The position numbers and the translations under genes were made by a program. A stretch of DNA of 64,000 bases from the NCBI GenBank assembly GCA_977018835.1, contig OZ361258.1:124001-188000 (forward strand), in the 5' to 3' direction. Source of the stretch: Minutocellus sp. GHC0000111. Lineage: Eukaryota. The notes beneath the pieces are model-generated. The model was not told the origin of the DNA, did not search any database, and worked only from the letters and a program-made list of their open reading frames with translations. How positions within the stretch are numbered: position 1 is the stretch's first letter; each line of letters begins with the position of its first letter. Positions 58,518-64,000 of this stretch are shown here, piece by piece.

Positions 58518-58780
58518 TACATGTACCTTACATGTACCGGTACTACCGGTACATGTATAGAGTAACAATTTTCTACATAGTCGTTTTACCGGTACATGTA
58601 TAACAATTTTCTACATAGTCGTTTTACCGGTACATGTACATGTACCGGTACTCTAGATCTCTAGCTAGATAGTACTCTACTCTAGTACCGGTAGATCTAC
58701 ATGTAGATCTACCGGTAGCAAATTGTCATACATGTAGAGACTTGATTCAAAGCAGCTACATTGTAGATCTACCAGCATTG
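58518..58780. repeat. Dense cluster of TA-bounded palindromes plus a 38-bp tandem duplication (58563-58638)
   Basis: TACCGGTA, TACATGTA, TAGATCTA and CTAGCTAG recur; TAACAATTTTCTACATAGTCGTTTTACCGGTACATGTA occurs twice in tandem. Confidence 0.9.
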
Positions 58781-58884
58781 TTGGTCTTTTGTAGCAACGA
58801 TCACCTAACTCCTACTAGCGGCATTCTTTGCTGATTTGTAATATTATACACTGTATCTACCAGCATTATACATGCTGCATCTAT

Positions 58885-61800
58885 TTATTTCTTGGATCTT
58901 TTCAATCTACCGGTACCGGTGCCTACCTTCTGCTTCTTTTCGAGGCCTTTATGCACTGCCTTTTGTCGCTTCAGAGCAACACCATTTGACACTGTTCCGA
59001 CATTTGTTGGCGAAGTTACCGACCTCGTTGCGCTTTTCCGTACAACTGTTTTGATTGCTGGTTTTGTGGTGGGCATAGAGGCTCTACTTACTGTGCCGAC
59101 GGATCTGCTACCGGTACCGCTTTCCTGAATAGATCTACCCGCCGTATACGAGGCAGATTCATCTGAGCCTCTACCAGCTCTAGTCTCATGCATTACTGTA
59201 TCGTCCGCATAGGTTGTCGCGTCCCAAGATGATTCATCGAAAGACTCTTTTGGGGTATTAGAAGTCTTCCAGCGATTCCAGGCTGAATGAACTGGATCGA
59301 CATCATTGGCGGTTGCCTTATCTTGACTTTCCTCAACACAGGTTGTATCACGTGTCATTGGAGTGCACGTGTATGCATCGCTCTTATCGTCATCCATATC
59401 ACCATCGATGGTGTCCAATGCTGCATCAGTTTTGTCTTTTGTTTGCGCTTGTCGTGAAGTTCTGTGGGGCAAAGCACCGTGGATCCCCTTGACGACCCGG
59501 GCACCGTGGCCGGTTCGAGTCTTCGTGTAGGTATGCAAAGCCATCGGTTTGTTTGTTACCGCAACTTCAGTATCTTTCGATGTATCGCCAACTGTGTGAT
59601 TTTCACTCTGCGCAGTTTTGACCGCTGGAGCTTGAGTAGATCTCTTTGCTTGAAGAGGAGAGAAAGTGTAGGCCGTAAACCCCTCTCTATGGGAAGCGTC
59701 GTCTTTTCCTGGCTCTTCATCTCCACATCTTTCCATTTTGTTGCCGTCTTCGGTAGAATCTCGGGCGCAGCCTTGGGTTGGGCTGGCCAAAAAGCCAATA
59801 AAATCACTTGCTCCACGAGCAAGAAAGTCCTTGGCTTCGTTTATCTCTTGGTCAAAACGCCGGAAACTCCCTCTCGTGATTGTCGATTCCTTGGTATCAC
59901 GGGTCCACAGCGAGTCCGTAAATGTGCTTTGTTCGTCGAGAGTAGGGGCACCCTCCTTCGAAAATTCTTTATTCTCGGCAACAAGGCCGAGGTCCTTTCG
60001 CAATTGTTTCATTTCGTTTTTTAGATCATCCTTGGCTTGCTTCACTTCTGCCTCGATGCCATCAACATCGATTAGCTCTTCCGAGGCTTTCGTTCCACCT
60101 GGACTCACTGGTATAAAATTGCCTAAAGCATTACAACCGTTCTCAGCGATGACGACGGTGGAGGAATCTGATTTCTCCCCTCCAATTGAGATACTTTCTT
60201 TTGTTCTATGGGAGATGACCTTCGTAGTGACCGATTCCTCTTCCTCTTCAACTTCTATGTGTGCATCTATGTTTTCACTGTGGGCATCTTGCGATTCCTC
60301 TTTTGTTTTGGATTCTTCAGTAGCTGCAGAAGTAGCTGCACCTTGAGCTTTTGCTACTTGTGCAAGTCTCTTCCTCCGCCAAAAGGAGGCAATTTTGTGA
60401 CTGTTGGAAATCTGTGGAGTCTTGCCGCTCATATCGTCGTCCTCGGTTTCTCTGGTATCAATGGTAGTACATGTAGCCTTTGAGTAGGACTCTACTTCGC
60501 CGATGTAATCGTCCTCGAAACGCAAACTCGCTTGATCATTCGTATAGATTGTTGAAGCCCCGAGAGACGCTTCTTGGACTGTGATATCATTGGACTGTAA
60601 GCTGCCTTCTTGTAGCATTTTGTCAAGCTTTGCAGGCGACATGGGACGAGGTAGACTGGTATCGGCAATCTCCAAGCCTTCGTCTCCGCCGTTGTTCTTG
60701 GAATCATATTCGTCATCACAGATTACAAGAAAACGATCTGCTTCCCAAATAGACGAAGCCTGCTCACTTTTCTTGCTCTCCCCGCTATCATCTTTGGCGT
60801 CCGGAGATTGAATAAAGTTGGGATCGCCGGCTTCTTCTACTAATTCGGGTGCCTGCTTTCTCTTCTTCGTATAGTGGTAATACGCAGCAACTACGAGGAG
60901 AGACATGACTGCCCCAGCGACGAAAAAGAGCGATATGGTGAGAGTATCAGAAATGCCGGCAGAATCTTTCGCAGTGATTGATGTTTCTGGCAATTGCTCA
61001 AGGCCTTGTGGTACGAATACTGTAGTGGTTGATGATGACTTTTCTGTTTGTTCGACAGTTGAAGATGGTTGAATGGTAGGAGTGTTCGATGGCAAAAATA
61101 CATTTGCAGTTGTCGGCGTCGTGGTGGGAGTGAAAGCATTTGGGTCCATGACCATGGGTGATGGACCTGCCGTTGGAACCGTAGTCGGACTGAAGGTACT
61201 GGTGCTCGAGGGGGCGGTAATTGGCTTTTCAGTGGGAGGACCCGTCCACGTAAAATTGTATTGAGATTTGTGCGAAGAGCAATAAAGTGAGTAAGATTAG
61301 ATACCGATTGTTGCGATCGAACACTGCCAATATTCGGAGTAAAGCTGCTAGATTGGAGCAACACGGATAATCATTTACTTACCCACACATGATGCCACAG
61401 CTGCAAGGGCAGGCATTGATGAGATCGTACGTCTCTTGCTCCGAAAAACCAATCTTATGCATCTCATCACAAGAGAAGACGATCATTTGCGGACACCCCA
61501 GGCCAATTTTGTTTGTGTAGGACGCATCATCTTGACATGCTGGAGGCCAATTGGGATAGCAAGACGATTGATCTCGCCTGTGCACTTCTCGATCTGCAGG
61601 CAACAACTCGGAGACTTTATTCTCCGTATCATTGTGCCTGGTACGCTTTCCTGCGGCTTTGTTGTCTTCACCGATGAGGCGTGTGTGTTCTTCGGAACAC
61701 GACGGTGTGTTGCAGCTAGCCGGACAAGATGCCAATAGACGCTTGAGTTCCCGGTGGTTGATTAATCCAAGTTGGGAAAGACCATTGCAGTCTAAATGTC

Positions 61801-61963
61801 GATGCTGGAAACATGAGAGGCCGAGGCTACTCCGGTAGGATTCGTCATCGGTGCACGATGGAAGCAGACCTGTTGGTCGGTGAGAAGCAGTCGCAGCCAC
61901 TGCCAGAGATACGATGGAACATGACAATACAAGGATTCTTGTCATCTGGAAGCACGCCATCAT
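58885..61963 (-). CDS. Type I membrane protein with two extracellular Cys-rich repeats, Pro/Thr stalk and long disordered tail; intron from 61382, acceptor uncertain
   Basis: Exon 1 has a signal peptide and CxDD..C..C..CPxSC repeats, ending at a GTAAGT donor. The downstream frame is open from ~61260 to 58885 and has TM LTISLFFVAGAVMSLLVVAAYY. Confidence 0.7.
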
Positions 61964-62744
61964 TAAATGTGTGACTTTGTAGCTCTACACACCGGGCAGC
62001 CGAGCGTGCGTCGAACGATTATGAGGCACTCGTCTCTTTGGGTTGCGTCGTCCCTACAATCGCACAGCTCAGCACAAAACAATCGATTGCACGGTGGCGA
62101 TCTGAAGGCTCACTGTAGTAATAGCTCACCTGCCGGACGAGGTCGAGACTTCAGCTGCTTGGTGGATGATGAATTCAGTTCGGTTGGGGATTCTCGGCTG
62201 AGCAACTGGCCCATTCATGCTCTCAATTTTGTCGAGGTGGACTATGGCGGGTTGAGGAGAAGTCTCAGGTCATTGGTAATATAATCATACAGATCCTCAA
62301 TAATTTTTTTATATAGACAGCGCCGGCATGTCTTCTCAGACTGTCCGTCGACAAATTTAGAAAATGCCAGATCAGAAGAAAGCAAGATACGGACTGTACA
62401 TGTGCACATGTACTGTATGGTGGAGAAATGCTACGTGCTGCTGCGTGTACCACCTCCTTCTATGCATTGCATTTGACAATGCCCTCAATATAAATCATGG
62501 AGCTTTCGGCATCTCTTGCAAGAATTTCCTTATGGCTATCCGATCGATGCAGAGTACACGTAGACTCTTGGATCTAGATCTATATCTCTAGACGATTGAC
62601 GTTAGACAAGGCCGGTCGATCTGCTATCTAGATCTACCTGTCTTGCATTATCATGTATATACCTTTTGTCATACTAGAGCTAATACATGTTCAAATAGAT
62701 ACCTCCTAGCTAGAAGATCTTAATTACCGCGCAACTTATTCCTA

Positions 62745-63746
62745 TCATATACAAAGATCGATGTCTGGGCACATGTCAGCCATGCATGATGCCTTCTTTT
62801 CTTCGGGCTGATTTTTCTTCTTCTTTTTCTTCTTTTGTCTCGAGATTCCAGATGAGGACTCGTCATCTTGTTCGTAAAACTCATCAGATAGATCCGAAGT
62901 ATCGGATTGTCCATCCTCCTCTTCTGGAAAGTTATCGCGCTTGGACCTTGCCCTGGTTACTACAAACGCAATCGCTAGGGACAGTACGAATACTGACATA
63001 ATGATCGGCATGAGAGTATCCGTGGAATCACCCTCTGACCCTCTCTGTGCCGCTGCTGTTGCAGCAGCTACCTCGTTGAACATTGGTCCCACGGGAGGGA
63101 GGGTGAATGGAGCTGGCGTTGGTGCTTCTGTGCACTGTATTCTACAGGTGCAGGGACAGCGGGATATTAGCTCAGATATTTCGTCGTCAGAGAAGGCAAC
63201 GATCGTCTTGGCCTCGAAGCAATTGTTGAAAACTTGAAAGGCGGAGCAGCCGACGCTCATCCTGGACATGTACGTTGGATCGTCTTGACAAGTTGCAGGC
63301 CACCTCGGATAACACGCCTTGGCGGTGTCTTCTTCTTCTTCTTCTTTTTTCTTTCGAAGAAGTGTTCTTGATGTCTCGATGGTAACATCTGCCTCGCTTG
63401 CAGTAGAAGCATCGTGCAGTAAATCCAATTCTCCACTCGTCATGATAGTGTTTAGCGTTGGTGCTGCTGTTGGAGGTTGCAGGAAGTGGTTGGCAGTGGT
63501 CGAAGAAGTACTGTCATTGCAATCGGGCACAGCACAAGTCGATGGGCAATTGTGGAGTAGGTCGTTGACTTCGTCTTGGGTCCAACCCAAAACTTGCAAC
63601 GCCTCGCATCGGACGTTGGCGTGCTCAGCACAGGTAATCCCAAATCTGCTCCGGAAGCCTGGATTGTCCTCGCATCGATGCCGTTGAGGCGAGGTTGAGA
63701 TGAGAGTCGCACTACTGGTGTCGGATGCGCTCATTTTGTTTTGCAT
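62745..63746 (-). CDS. Paralogous membrane protein with two Cys-rich repeats and a single TM segment (N-terminus uncertain)
   Basis: CEDNPGF..CPSTCAVPDC and CYPRWPATCQDD..CPCTCRIQC parallel the neighbouring gene; TM LMPIIMSVFVLSLAIAFVV. Confidence 0.75.
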   Translation of the reverse strand: MQNKMSASDTSSATLISTSPQRHRCEDNPGFRSRFGITCAEHANVRCEALQVLGWTQDEVNDLLHNCPSTCAVPDCNDSTSSTTANHFLQPPTAAPTLNTIMTSGELDLLHDASTASEADVTIETSRTLLRKKKEEEEEDTAKACYPRWPATCQDDPTYMSRMSVGCSAFQVFNNCFEAKTIVAFSDDEISELISRCPCTCRIQCTEAPTPAPFTLPPVGPMFNEVAAATAAAQRGSEGDSTDTLMPIIMSVFVLSLAIAFVVTRARSKRDNFPEEEDGQSDTSDLSDEFYEQDDESSSGISRQKKKKKKKNQPEEKKASCMADMCPDIDLCI

Positions 63747-64000
63747 ATGCTGAAGGTCCCAAAACTTAAAAGATGAGTGAGGCGTGGAAGTTGCCCAATG
63801 CGGCTTGTACTTGTACTGAGCGACAATGCTAATAGATAGAGTTGAAGATTAGAGATGCTTGAGTTCCCCTTCTCGAGCATCCAATGGAACGAGTTTACAG
63901 AGTTTACAGAGAAAGCAAGAACAAACCTCTATCCATCGCGCTGCTTTTTTGTTTTCCTCCTATCGCGTTGGATACGAGAAGGCGATGGAGCGTATCTCAT

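Noticed and set aside
1..64000. tRNA or rRNA genes; bacterial contamination
   Set aside because: No cloverleaf or rRNA signature was recognised by eye. The bacterial-like genes carry eukaryotic targeting signals and sit among intron-containing genes.

Overview
Gene-dense eukaryotic nuclear DNA, very likely from a diatom or another photosynthetic stramenopile. Support for this: short GT-AG introns, several bipartite plastid-targeting N-termini (signal peptide followed by an AF/GF motif), and a symbiont-type Derlin. About 36 host genes can be modelled. They include FIG4, a clostripain-like protease, sDer1, DUF2993, LAMTOR3-like, NOP10, an ankyrin protein, a flavin amine oxidase, a class C GPCR, an FN3-CaaX protein, a Cache-like secreted protein, DUF1995, a PKD/TSP3-repeat surface protein, a FetB-FetA fusion, an acylated globin, a PaO-family Rieske oxygenase, TraB, a sulfotransferase, DUF1275, a SET protein, a PhnD-like binding protein and RFC4. 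Highlights: (1) a 3749-bp TTAA-flanked Kolobok-type DNA transposon (19776-23524) carrying a decayed transposase and a convergent accessory gene (possible OB-fold plus P2X7-ballast-like KolX domain), inserted into the signal-peptide coding sequence of a His-rich class C GPCR; (2) two further TIR elements, a 351-bp CCC..GGG MITE with an ATAT duplication and a ~1.5-kb element; (3) about ten host genes with apparent disabling lesions, which points to either a decaying haplotype or consensus errors; (4) several bacterial-type sensing/uptake modules carrying eukaryotic targeting signals; (5) intergenic DNA built from TA-bounded palindromes and (GAGTC)n motifs. All family assignments are by motif recognition only; no database search was run.
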